This document shows positions 25,801-37,600 of a stretch of DNA of 64,000 nucleotides, in pieces. Numbering within the stretch: the first letter of the stretch is position 1; every line of letters begins with the position of its first letter. Position numbers and translations under genes: made by a program. The notes under the pieces are model-generated. The model did no database searches, was not told where the DNA came from, and worked only from the letters and a program-made list of their open reading frames with translations. Source of the stretch: Ostrea edulis (Eukaryota); NCBI RefSeq assembly GCF_947568905.1, contig NC_079170.1, forward strand, positions 27,342,001-27,406,000, given 5' to 3'.

Positions 25801-28800
25801 GGCTTTCTGAACCTAGGATCTCTAAATACATGTATGATAATTCGCTCTCAGAGGAAGGTCTTGTGTAGGTATGTATAGAGGCTTTCTGAACCTAGGATCT
25901 CTAACTACACGTGTGATAATTCATTCAGTTTTCCTCTGGTTTCAGATATTGATGAATGTGAGGACAGAAATTTATGTGAACACAGATGTGTGAACATTGT
26001 GGGATCTTACGAGTGTTCATGTAGACCTGGCTACAAGCTGAACGCGGACAAACGAACATGTTCAGGTAATGATTAAACCCAGACACCAGAAATGTGTTCA
26101 GGTAATAGACAACCTTTGCAAATTCACATGTTCAAGTGATAGACAAACCTTCATAAATGCATATGTTTAAATATTGGATAAACCTTTACAAACTTGCACA
26201 TAATTGGATACTAGGCAAACCTTTACAAATGCACATAACACTTGTTTAAGTTTCAGTTTCCACTTCTGTATCCTGTAGTAATGACACTGGTACGTTTGGG
26301 ATGTAGCAGAAATGTAATGGCTTAAATTAGATATTTGTAATGAGATATCAAGGTGACTCAGTGACGTATTCCCATCTGTTTTTATCTGCCATAGTGCATT
26401 AGTATACCAATGTTTTACCAATCTTGTATGTAACTTCTTTATGCATTTTATGGCTTCATCTAAAAATTGTAAAATTCAAACCCCCAAGGTCAGGGTTCTG
26501 GATATACAGGCATACAGTATATTGAGAGTGTATTAAATTATTAAAAAATGTTCACTCCTTTATCAAAGTTTAAACCTTATCTATTTTGAATTGATAATGA
26601 AGAAGTTTGGTATGAGGGGGTCATTTGTGTGGGAGGTACCTGGGGAAACCCCACATTTCCAGATGAGTGATTACTCCAGCATCACATTAAATTTGATTGA
26701 CACTTAGAAGCAAGTGCTTAGTGATCATGGAGGCCTTCTATCAAATCTGTGAAATTCATTACACTTCGGTCAGGGATTTATACAATCAATGACATTTGAT
26801 TAGATCTACTGGTGACTGTATGGACCTGGTCAGATATTTGTTGACAATATTATGCAATATAAATCATTACATTTATTATATCCCATGCAGCAAAGTTGAG
26901 AAGTTTTTGACCTGTCCGTCAGTCAGTCCATTAGTCCCTTTTTTGTCAGTGCAACTCCTCTGAGACTGCTTAACAGAATTTTGTGAAACTTTGTTGTTAA
27001 TAAGGACACACTGTGTAGATGAACATATTCCCAGAAAATTCTGATTCAATGATTTTTCTGGGAGTTATGCCCTTTTGAATTTAGAATTTTGAGTCCGTCT
27101 GTCCTGTTCTTGCAGTAATGTATAGCATTACTATTTATTATGTGAGGCATTGTCAAGCAAAGTTGGAGCGTGGGGTATGTGAGCTTGTGCATCTCTGCTT
27201 TCTTTCATGTTATATGATGTTTACTAAATACATTCCTATTTACAGATATTGACGAGTGCCAGTCTTATTCACTGAGGGGTCGTGTTTGTGGAGGGGCTTG
27301 TGTCAATACCCCTGGTTCCTACATGTGCACCTGTCCTGACGGGTGGAGGACGCTAGGAGGGGGAAGGTCATGTCAAGGTCAGTTACTATAAATAGTCATT
27401 AGTTTTTATTATGTAGGATACAAATTGGAATGCTTTTTGTCCCCCACCGCAACGTGTAAACTCGTAAATAAAAGGACATGAATATCTTAATCAGCAAATA
27501 TTTTCAGTGGGAGTTATTTTATACAACATCATGCTATAAATGTCTGTAATTTCTGTAGATATTGATGAGTAAATATCTGTAATTTCTTTAGATATCGATG
27601 AGTAAATGTCTGTAATTTCTGTAGATATTGATGAGTAAATATCTGTAATTTCTTTAGATATCGATGAGTAAATATCTGTAATTTCTTTAGATATCGATGA
27701 ATAAATGTCTGTAATTTCTGTAGATATTGATGAGTAAATATCTCTAATTTCTTTAGATATCGATGAGTAAATGTAATTTCTGTAGATATCAATGAATAAA
27801 TGTCTGTAATTTCTGTAGATATCTATGAGTAAATGTCTGTAATTTCTATAGATATTAATGAGTAAATATCTGTAATTTCTATAGATATTGATGAGTAAAT
27901 ATCTGTAATTTCTATAGATATCGATGAGTAAATGTAATTTCTGTAGATATCGATGAGTAAATGTCTGCAATTTCTATAGATATCGATGAGTAAATATCTG
28001 TAATTTCTATAGATATCGATGAGTAAATATCTGTAATTTCTATAGATATTGATGAATAAATGTCTGTAATTTCTATAGATATTGATGAATAAATGTCTGT
28101 AATTTCTATAGATATTGATGAGTAAATATCTGTAATTTCTATAGATATCGATCAATAAATGTCTGTAATTTCTATAGATATTGATGAGTGTGCTGAGGGG
28201 ACATACAGATGTACATCACAGGAGTCGATGTGTTTCAACACCCGGGGCAGCTACAAGTGCCCCCAGGTGACCTGTCCCGCAGGTTTTGTCAGAACTCCTG
28301 TAGGGCCTCGCAGAAACAGGTAAGTTACCACCTATATGAAGGGCAAGCTGTGATCACAGCTGCCGTAATCTAGTCCTGAAATTCAACATATTCTTTGGTT
28401 TTCTCTAACATTCACTATTTTGCATGTTGAAATACATGTAGAAAGAAAATGAAGATTTTTTTGCCCTGCAACAGATTCCTAGTTTGGATGAAGTTGTAAG
28501 TTTCGCCTCGAGACGATTCACACCGAGACTGTTCGCCCTAAACAGTCTCGGTGCGAATCGTCTCGAGGCGAAATGTCCCATTACCAACCAGAGACAATTA
28601 GTGAATGTAGTTCTTTAATATTTTATCATAAAAAATTGTATTATTTGTATAACTGTTTATAAATATTTTGCATCAAATGCAGTTTTGTGGATCCTGTTTA
28701 AACTTCATTATTATGGCTTCGTAAGTGTAAAAAATACAATGAAAAAGAAATACACTAGACTTGCACTTTTTACTCTGCAGTTTATCATTATGATTCTTTT

Positions 28801-29215
28801 TTTCAGTGTCCGATGTAAGAGAACTTCTTTCACCTGTCAAAGAGGAGATATAGAGTGTCTCACTGCTCCTATCTCTCTATCCTACAACTTTCTTTCCTTC
28901 CCATCAAACATCAAGATCCCAACAGACTTATTTGCCATGTCAGGGCCACGGACATCTCAAAAACAGTTCACCTGGGATCTCAAGGTCATCAAAGCACAAC
29001 CTCTTAAATCTGGAGTAATGACCGTCAATAGGGGTTACTTTGACCTCAAAATTAAGAATTCTGCCCAGGCTGTCGTGTCCTTGAACTATCGTATCCCTGG
29101 ACCTCAGGATGTTGAACTGGAACTGACCATGCAGATCACTGACCTCAGGTCAGGCTACACAGGGACAGCAGTGTCCAAAATATTCCTGTATGTGACCGGG
29201 GAGAGTGTGGTGTAA
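10885..29215 (+). CDS. FBLN1: Fibulin-1/2-like extracellular matrix protein (signal peptide, 3 anaphylatoxin-like modules, EGF/cbEGF array, fibulin C-terminal domain), 15 exons, 815 aa
   Basis: Exons 10885-10960, 13184-13440, 14737-14875, 16256-16408, 16728-16844, 17656-17844, 18039-18179, 18464-18652, 22350-22487, 23558-23683, 24959-25078, 25946-26065, 27246-27377, 28178-28319, 28807-29215. All are GT-AG and phase-consistent, totalling 2448 nt. Repeated DIDEC...C.NT.GSY.C cbEGF exons, CC...CC anaphylatoxin modules and a beta-rich C-terminal domain (…SKIFLYV). FBLN1 versus FBLN2 orthology is not resolvable by eye. Confidence 0.9.
11251..12420 (+). mobile_element. Helentron/HINE-like element with degenerate internal tandem repeats
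   Basis: Starts TTTAGGTCACCTGAGT...; repeated AAATGCATGGTTATGATG / GGGGCCAATATGGC units. The right boundary is approximate. Confidence 0.6.
13455..14240. repeat. 36-bp minisatellite directly after a fibulin donor site
   Basis: CCGCATAGTAACAATCGCTAGGCAGTCAGGTTACCT and variants, about 20 copies, with a higher-order duplication. Confidence 0.95.
14618..14756 (+). repeat. 46-bp tandem triplication containing the fibulin exon-3 splice acceptor
   Basis: TTTCTAG|GAGTGTTGTCACTGCTGC occurs with the AG at 14643, 14689 and 14735. Confidence 0.9.
19003..20372 (+). mobile_element. Helentron/HINE-like element with satellite-like internal units
   Basis: TTTTAGCTCACTTGAGC start, repeated TTCTCAAGAACCAC / GGGGCCACAATAGGGGATCAAAG units, and a 3' hairpin TATGTCTCCGAcactatgtgtTCGGAGACATA. 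Confidence 0.65.
20497..21308 (+). mobile_element. HINE-like element, copy 1
   Basis: TTATACCCCCC...GGGGGGTATA 5' stem, (TCTG)n, tandem units of about 165 bp, and a 3' palindrome GTGAGCATTGCTCAC. Near-identical to 23845-24667. Confidence 0.8.
22915..23340 (-). mobile_element. Interspersed retro-type repeat fragment (LINE 3' end or SINE)
   Basis: On the minus strand, GGTGTGACCGGTTGACAGGGGATACTTATTCCTCCTAGGCAACTGATCCCACCTCTGG resembles common bivalve retroposon tails. Recalled, not searched. Confidence 0.4.
23845..24667 (+). mobile_element. HINE-like element, copy 2
   Basis: Same structure and sequence as 20497-21308, in the same orientation. Confidence 0.8.
25058..25927 (+). repeat. 79-bp tandem array made of the exon end plus splice donor (11 copies)
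   Basis: TTGTGTAG|GTATGT donors fall exactly every 79 bp from 25079 to 25869, filling almost the whole intron. Confidence 0.95.
26878..27205 (+). mobile_element. Short HINE-like element
   Basis: ATCCCATGCAGCAAAGTTG...GTTGGAGCGTGGGGTAT imperfect subterminal inverted motif, GTCCGTC microsatellite and a 3' stem. Confidence 0.45.
27535..28190 (+). repeat. 33-bp minisatellite made of a splice acceptor plus cbEGF exon start (about 20 copies)
   Basis: AAATGTCTGTAATTTCTATAG|ATATTGATGAGT; the last copy is the real acceptor at 28176-28177. Confidence 0.95.
28501..28573. repeat. Near-perfect 33-bp-arm hairpin in the last fibulin intron
   Basis: TTTCGCCTCGAGACGATTCACACCGAGACTGTT / AACAGTCTCGGTGCGAATCGTCTCGAGGCGAAA, one mismatch, 7-nt loop. 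Confidence 0.85.
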
Positions 29216-29228
29216 AGGACGTAATCTG

Positions 29229-29457
29229 TACTGTAAACCAACTTTTATTTGCGTACGAGAAATTTTTGCAAGGTTCACGAGAGAACCAGTCCTTTAATCC
29301 TTTCCTTCATAGTGACACCTTTGTACGCCTACCATGATTTGCATGTACGTATATTTGTTAAAGGTTATCTCTGTTGCAAAAATTAGTCACTACGAACCAG
29401 TATATCCCTGGTGCATCGCGAAGTAAAGTCATCACAAATAAAAGTGGGTTTACAATA
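29229..29457. mobile_element. Tc1/mariner-type MITE in the fibulin 3' UTR
   Basis: Imperfect TIRs TACTGTAAACCAACTTTTATTTG ... CAAATAAAAGTGGGTTTACAATA with TA flanks. Confidence 0.6.
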
Positions 29458-30025
29458 TCTCTCCTTTATTGTAGTTTTCATTTTATGATGTCAGAAAGTA
29501 TAATAAAATGCACTGCACTCATTTAGCTTAAAAGAATTGTTGCAAACTATATTCACACAAAAAAATCATATGACATTCTGTTTTGTTTTTTTTTTTGTCA
29601 ATGTGATAGTGTAAATATTTTTTTAATCCCCACATTTCTTTGTTTTTTGTTGTTATTGTTTTTTGTACAAGAAAACACCTGCAGCATCATGTAATTTTGT
29701 GCGAGAACTCTGGTGCATTTGCTCATCATAATATTGCATCAATAGCTTTCATTTAAGGGGGAATAACACACCAGAGAAATTTTATATGGATGGAATATGG
29801 AGGATATGTACAAAAATATTTTAAAATTAAAAAGTTTCAGATTTACCTCATTTAGTGAAAAAATGCAGGTTTAGTCGAAATTAATCGGGGAATGGGGGGG
29901 GGGGGTTAAAACCCCTACTAAACTTGAATACACAATCTACAGATCAACAGTTAACATGTTAACCTATTGAGCTACCCAGCAAAGCAATTAGATTTAAAAG
30001 GAATATACAGTACGTGTATTGCTGA

Positions 30026-30237
30026 TACTGTAGAATCATTTAAATTCGTGGGGGCCAATTTTCGTGGATTGCTGAATTTTTACGGGTTCGTGGGAAGGTA
30101 ATTTCGTGGATTTATATATTTGCAAGATTCTTGTATACTAGTTGTCTTTATTCGTTGAGGATGTAAATTGGTGGGTAAGGGGTACCCACGAATTCCACAA
30201 AAAATGAGCCACCACGAATTCTAATGATTCCACAGTA
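30026..30237. mobile_element. Tc1/mariner-type MITE
   Basis: TIRs TA-CTGTAGAATCATTTAAATTCGTGG ... CCACGAATTCTAATGATTCCACAG-TA with a TA target-site duplication. Confidence 0.75.
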
Positions 30238-30269
30238 TTTATATTTTTATTCAAGTTTTAAGAGGAAGC

Positions 30270-30482
30270 CAGCCATTATGAAGATGTATTATTCCTCCTT
30301 TAATCAGCCATTATGAAGATGTATTATACCTCCTTAAATCAGCCATTATGAAGATGTCTTATTCCTCCTTAAATCAGCCATTATGAAGATGTATTATATA
30401 TACCTCCTTAAATCAGCCATTATGAAGATGTATTATTCCTCCTTAAATCAGCCATTATGAAGATGTGTTATTCCTCCTTAAC
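30270..30482. repeat. 35-bp minisatellite
   Basis: About 6 copies of CAGCCATTATGAAGATGTATTATTCCTCCTTAAAT. Confidence 0.9.
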
Positions 30483-31683
30483 ATCAACTTTGTTCAATCA
30501 TCTGTTCCATGCATGTATGACTTCTATCCATTTATAACTGTTATTCAGATAAGAACTAGATTTAAGAATATGACACTGTATATGCACTCATTTATGGAGA
30601 CATATTTTGCAAAAGTGCTTATTTATGGTTGGGAGAAAACATGTGATCTCTTTTCATCCATTTTGTAAAGCATAGAGGTGCTAATTCATACTAAGCATTA
30701 GCTACGATTGCACTGTGCTAAAATAAGCATACATTTAGTATTCAGCTGATAATCTTCAAACAAACATTTGTATTAATAAAGCTTTGAAAACTTATTACTG
30801 ATTTCAGAGCAATTGATTTCCAAGGCAGACAAAGGGTCTTTAACAATGTTGTGAAGTATATGACAAGTACTACATGTATTCAGTTTTATTACACAATTGA
30901 GTCGCGTGATTTGCTCTTCATCAGCTGAAAAATGATGGGGACTACCCATAATGCTTCGGGAACAATGTCGCACATCAACCGTGTTATATTTCCCGCGTTA
31001 AATGAATCGCCTAAAGTCGTGTTGTCAGATGTTATGGTTCTTCGCTCGTCTCAGCGATCACACCGTAAACATATTATTTGTGCGAGGTTACTCATTGATG
31101 TTTGGGTCAAAAGGTCCACTACATAATACTTCCAGTGAGGGGTTGCTGTTTTGAGGTACCCGTGTTAATGTACCACTTCAAACATTAGTACACCTTAATG
31201 CATGATTTTCGTTTCTTCACATTACCAATATATTTTTATGACCCTTGATTGATGATTCAGGTCCGTCTGTCCCCAAAAACTTTACCCTTGGACATAACTT
31301 TCGCATAGATGGTGAAAGGGCTTTTATATTTCACAAGTGTATTCTTTATGACAAGACCTTTCTTTTGGTTTCAAAATTTGTGACCTTGACCTCAGGGTTT
31401 GACCTGCTCTTTTTCCACAGCTGGTGACATCTCAATATAAGTGAAAAATTCCTCAAAGCTCTTATGACATCGGAAGTAGAAATAGCTGCAAGAAACTAAC
31501 AAGGGCAAGGAAGTCCACCATATTTCTTTCAGATACTGTCTTGCTCTATCCGTAGACACCCCATACGAGTTTGTTACACCCGACTGATTTTTACTTTAAA
31601 AACTTGTGTATTGTACATCTCAACATCTGTTAAATATCCCTTAAATAAATCTGTAGCAGTCAGCCAAGTTCGATTGCTGGTTC

Positions 31684-31752
31684 CCAGATAGCTCAGTTGG
31701 TAGAGCACCTGACTAAAGAATTCAGGGTGTCCGGGTTCAAATCCCGGTCTGG
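31684..31752 (+). mobile_element. tRNA-derived sequence (SINE head or pseudo-tRNA)
   Basis: A box TAGCTCAGTTGG and B box GGTTCAAATCC. D and T arms fold, but the anticodon loop is 9 nt (CTAAAGAAT), and the sequence is embedded in a larger repeat. Confidence 0.55.
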
Positions 31753-33552
31753 CCCATTGTATTTTCTCCCTTCCTGTTACATTTGGTGCTGTAGACCAGC
31801 CCCTGGAACTGGCAGGTAAAAATGCCTGCCAGGGGATTAAGATCCAGGATTGATGTCTTCAAGGGGTGAAGACATTCAAGGAGGAAGGAATGTAGCAGTC
31901 AGCTTCCCCCTAGAGATTCAGGGGGCCCGAGTTTTCTACCAGTTACAAATTATTTTTCCTAAAATTTTTGCCATTGAACATGCCTTGCCTGTGTAGCGAC
32001 CTTGACTCATTCAGATCTTGAAGGTCATTCTTCATTTGTATGTATATGTCCAAGCAACAAGAAAGAAGTTTTGGGAAAATATACTTTTTTATACAAAATA
32101 TCATTACATTATATGCAAAATACATTACATCTTAAAGAAAATAATTATGAACAATAACCTAGATGTTGAAAGCACATTTATACAACTCATTCTATTAAAA
32201 AAAATGGATGACAACCTGTTTGACGTGAGGATTTAGTCCACTGTAGTCTGAAGACTTGGAATGTTTCAATATTATGTATGCAAGCTTGGTAGCAAGATGT
32301 AATTAGAACTGTCAGGACAGGAGTAATACTCTTAGAGGTGCAAATTGGATTGTGGGAAATAGTGAATGTGTGCTCATTGAAGAATAAATAGTACTAAGAT
32401 GTACTCTAGATAAATACAACATTAACCCATCCACCCCTCCAAATACTGGGAAAATATCCATAACTCTTAAATGTTAAAAAATCTCAACAAAACAGCAGAT
32501 GGACAACTTCACTATTCATGTAAGATATACACAGTTTTAATCAAATCTGTTCATTGGTGTTAAAGATGTGCTCTGGACAAATCACGCGCACAGATGGACA
32601 AACAATTTGATTCCAGTATAGTATAAAAATAAATCCAAAGAATGTCTACTGGGAGGGGGTAGTCTAAGCCTTTCTTTTTAATGCAATATAAAATCACCAA
32701 AACAAATTCCGAGTGTAATTATATAGACCTTACAAACTTACGTCAGTGGTCCCTTGCAGACTGAGGATGTGCATGTAATAATTAGTCATCGCAGAAAGTC
32801 TTATTCAATGTAACCAAAACAATTGGAAGCAAACAACACGAAAAATCAAATTGAGTATATCTACATGTACCCCAGTGTCAAACTTAATCACACAGAACAA
32901 AAAGTCATGATATGTTATTCTTAGAAAGCTCTCTAAAATCTCAAATGTTTTCTCGACAAAAACAAATCTCAATGGTAATAATGTGCATGCTGTGATGTAC
33001 TGTACATGTATATAGGTACAACCCACTATTTTGTAATATTTTGGATAAACTTTCTAACAACCATCATCAGGTGTGTACTGTACACTATTTCCCTCTCAAA
33101 CCTGCACACAACTACGAATGCACAGGTATCTTACAACTATACAATACTGAATAAGTGTTGTCGCTAGCAAAGCTTAGGCTGTCCGAGAGTACCTATCCTA
33201 CCTTTATGACATAATGTGAATGGAGACAATAGGCGTGGTTTGCAACGATAAGTTTTTTTATGAAAATGTATAGACCTACAAATTTCTATAAAGATATATC
33301 TTTTACGATAATTTGGATAATTAATTACATATAAACAAATTGAAGTATCCAACTGCAGTTTAAAATTAGGTAGGAATTTTGAATTTTGAAATAAAATTTC
33401 CTACTACAGTATATTTCTATCATTTAGATCCAAAAATCAAAAACACAACATAATCTGTAATCTCGCCAAACATTTTGTTATAAAACATTGCATGTAGTTA
33501 AATTGTTCAATTCCTCGGGAGATTTTTTTTTGCAGACAGGAGTTATTTGCCT

Positions 33553-34608
33553 TTACAATCGGATGTCATCTGCTGCTTGGGAACTGTCGTCTGCTATCAC
33601 GGTCTCTTGAATCGCTACTTTCTCTCCAGCAGGTGTGATGTCAGTGAACCCTCCGTTTGTATAAGTAGCTATAAAATAAATATTAGACATTTGACTTCTC
33701 TACTTCATCTCTAGCTGGTTAATAGATAAAAAAAATAGCAGGGTATACTGTTAAATATGCCAAATTTAAGATCACTTGTTCAAAGAACAAAATAAATGAG
33801 AGCACCTTCATTTGAACTTTAAAAAAAAACAAAATAAAATTTTCAGTTTACAAGATGTTTAATTTTGCGAGTAGAATAAAAGTAGCTTTTTTTTTGTGTT
33901 AACATCGTTTAGTTATTGTGAGACAATGGGACCAGTTTTGTATGACTCATGGGGCATTGTTCAGATCTTCCCAGCACGATGGACAGCTCCACATCATAGA
34001 TATGATGGACATTATATAGTCATGTTACCCTGTAACATAATAAGGACCTCAGGGTTGGAAACTCAATGAAATTATCAGACAGTCGCAGGGCTGGGTACAC
34101 TCAAAATCTGACAGTCATAATTTTCAGTTTTGTGATGCTTAGAATTTTACAATACAGGCATGAATTTACTAATATATAAAAAGTTAATGTGTGACAATTG
34201 CTGTTGTACACTGGTTAATAAAATTTGCCCAACTGCCGGGCTATCGTGAACTTTCATCCCCTTCTTCCTGAAAAGTAGACCGTATCGAGCATTCGGGCGG
34301 GCTATAATTTCCAACCCTGCTGAAATCCTGTTCTCAATCTGGGGAAACATTCCATAGCCTATTGCACATAAGCATGCAAATATATCGAGATTACACATGA
34401 CCATTCCTCTTGTTTCTAATATTCAAGCTATGATATTAAATTTATTATATGTAATTACTCTTAACAATGATGTTTTAACTGGAATTCCTAATAAAGAGAT
34501 TTCTTTAGAGAAACAAAGATAAGATCAAGGGGTGCATACATTATGTGGGAGAGTCTTTTCATGATACAACAATGAAAGAATAGATCACAAATCAAATTCT
34601 GTTTAAGA

Positions 34609-34644
<36 letters not shown>

Positions 34645-37600
34645 TCTTAAACAGAATATANNNNNNNNNNNNNNNNNNNNNNNNNNNNNNNNNNNNNNNN
34701 NNNNNNNNNNNNNNNNNNNNNNNNNNNNNNNNNNNNNNNNNNNNNNNNNNNNNNNNNNNNNNNNNNNNNNNNNNNNNNNNNNNNNNNNNNNTTGAAACCC
34801 CTCACTTGATCATTCAAAATCATACGATTCAATATTACAATACATCGGAATCTTATCCAGCTTTCAAATGTTACTACCCATTTCATATTTAAAAGAATTT
34901 TTTGAGAATACAGATGTGAGCTCAGGGGGGAGACCCTTATCAGTTTACAACATCTCAGAGCAAGTGAATAAATGATTGATCATTAATTATCATATTGTTA
35001 GACTTTGAAAACAATAGGAAATGATAGTAGAACACATAAAAATGATTTTTGTTGCAATGTTGTGTGTGCAAGAAATTGCTCTCAATTTAGAGGAGTTTTC
35101 TACAATTGAAGGGAAATGGTTGCCTGTAAAAGAGGAATTAATTCCTTTCTTGTCAAAAGTGGAAAGGATTTGATACAGGTAAGTACAGTAACTCCGATAA
35201 TATCGGTACAGGTACATATCAGGGGAATTGAATTTTTATCCAGAGTTTTTTAAAAACAGTTTCACAGTCTCTAAAAATGGATACCCTGGAAGAATTAATT
35301 TTTTAATGTCAAAGAGAAATCTTCTACTTTTAAATATTAATAATTTACTTGTTATGAAAGACTAGTCCAAGAATCTGCTGACCACCAGCTCATCAGAAGA
35401 ACTACACTAAAAACATGCAGGTTAGTTTCTCAAACATTTAGTGTCTCATGCTATTACATCATACCTTTTTCTAGATAAATTTTTTACTTTATGTCTGCAA
35501 GAAAATAAGCAATTCACACATATATATATACAAAACTGTGCAGATTATTGACTAGTAAATATATTCATCCACAGCTTGAATAAGGAATACATTGAAATTT
35601 TAACTCTCAACTTAGGAAATGAATACTACTTTCACACCGTGAATACTGGTATACCAAACCAGGGAAGATTTCAACCAAATAATGTCATACTGACACAATC
35701 GCTAAATTTTAAATGCTGATCTTGGATATTCTTGGTGCCTCTATCCAAACACAATATTGTAATACGTTGAGATTTATTTATTATAATAAATACACGAAAT
35801 GTAGTTGAAATCTTCCCTATCTAGATTCTAAATGTGAATATATGCTAACAAAAACACTACAGGTCAATTGGTATATACATAGGAATCATATTCAGTAGAT
35901 AATGTTTTTTGGGAATCGATATTAATTTTCTAATTAATTCATAATTATAAATGTTTAATTTATGTATCACTTTCTTGCACCTACATGAAAAAGTTAGATA
36001 TACCTGTATAAACATTAACCTTGGTTCTATGTGATATGCTCTTATTTCAGTTATTAGTAAGTCCTATGTCCCAATGAAAATTCAATATATAAATCACAAA
36101 TAAACATATGATTGATTGAATATTGTTTAACATCCCTGTCGAGAATCTTTCACTCATATGGAGATGTACAGTGTACATATGAACAGAATTTGTAGTAATT
36201 ACAACATGTTGTACAGCTCTGTAAAATTTCATGTCTGTTCTGCATCACACTGTGTTGATAATTGCATTCTCATCAAGAACCAAGATTGTTTCCTGAATGG
36301 AGGACACCTGAAACTTAATCTCAACAGAAGACACCCAAGTAAAACTTACATTTCCGTTTTCGGTACTCAGACTTCTGCAGCAAATTTGCCTGTTTGGCAG
36401 CCAGTATGAAGGCGAGAGTTGCCAGAATGAGGGCGTCGAACACCAGCACTATGGAGAGGATGAATGCCCATCGAACCTGGCACTGACCGACACGGTACTT
36501 TCCAGCATCCTTACCACAGGTTCTCTGTACCTTCTCATCGTCCCAGCCATTGGGGTAAATGATGCACCCCAGAGCCATGCACACACCTGCAGTTGTAATA
36601 GTTATAATACCAGTGATGTTGTCAGATCAACATGTTTCTCATCATACACATAAAATACAATCAAACTTATTCATATCAACAAAATTTAGAATGATTGATT
36701 GTTTTGCTGTTTTCCGCCACACTCAACAATTTTTCAGTTACCTGGTGGTGCCCAGTTTTTATTGGTGGAAGAGAGAACCCAGATACAATGTACCTGGGAA
36801 GAGAACACCAACCTTCGAAAGTAAACTGGGAAACTTTCTCACTTACCGGCGCGAGCGGGATTCGAACCCGCGCCGACCAAAGGTGAGAGGCCGTGTGATT
36901 TTGAGCGAGATGCTCTAACCACTAAATTTAAAAATTAAACATTAAATTTAAAAAGATGGTCTTGTTACTACATCATAAGTATAAGTTACTTTGCTTGTTC
37001 TATGTTAATTTATCTAAAGGTTGTATTCTTCAGATGCTGAGGAAATGTCTAGACTAGCTTTGAACACTTTATTTAGCTATATGAAATAGCTTGATTAAGC
37101 TAGTTTAGATTTAACAATGGATCTAACCAAAAAGTTGCATTAAAAAAATTGAACATGTTTATACATTGAACTAACCACAACACTACTCTAATTAAGAGTT
37201 CATAACAATACTAGGTAATTTTAATAATTCCAGGAACATACAATTTCTAATTGTTAATGGTCCACTACCCTGTGTGTGTTGAAGTATAAATAAGTATGAT
37301 GACTTTACAATGTGGAATCTGATTGCCAATCCATTATTCTTTTGATCCTCACTTACTTTCATTCTGAAGATTGGATAACTATTGCTCAACAACTTTATAA
37401 TTCTAAATATTTGACAATTTTTAACCAAAATCCTTCCTTAGGGATGTACTTTAATTAAAGGGAACGTATGGTCAAAAATTTAATTTTGATATGTGAAAAC
37501 TGGTACCTTCTAGACAACAAAACCTAGCATAGAAAAAATAATTGCTGCTGATAACAAGATATAATCTGTCATTTACACTGAAAATTCAGCTGTATGGGAG

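Noticed and set aside
27491-28155. Long repetitive ORFs on the minus strand (IYRNYR repeats)
   Set aside because: Artefacts of the 33-bp minisatellite (unit length divisible by 3).
31684-31752. Functional tRNA gene
   Set aside because: 9-nt anticodon loop, short acceptor stem, and embedded in a larger repeat; treated as tRNA-derived.
34147-34404. 85-aa minus-strand ORF in LHFPL intron 2
   Set aside because: No recognisable motif and no phase-compatible splice pair found; the LHFPL model is complete without it.
34596-34660. Inverted repeat centred on (TA)n
   Set aside because: Directly abuts the N gap, so it may be an assembly or contig-end artefact.
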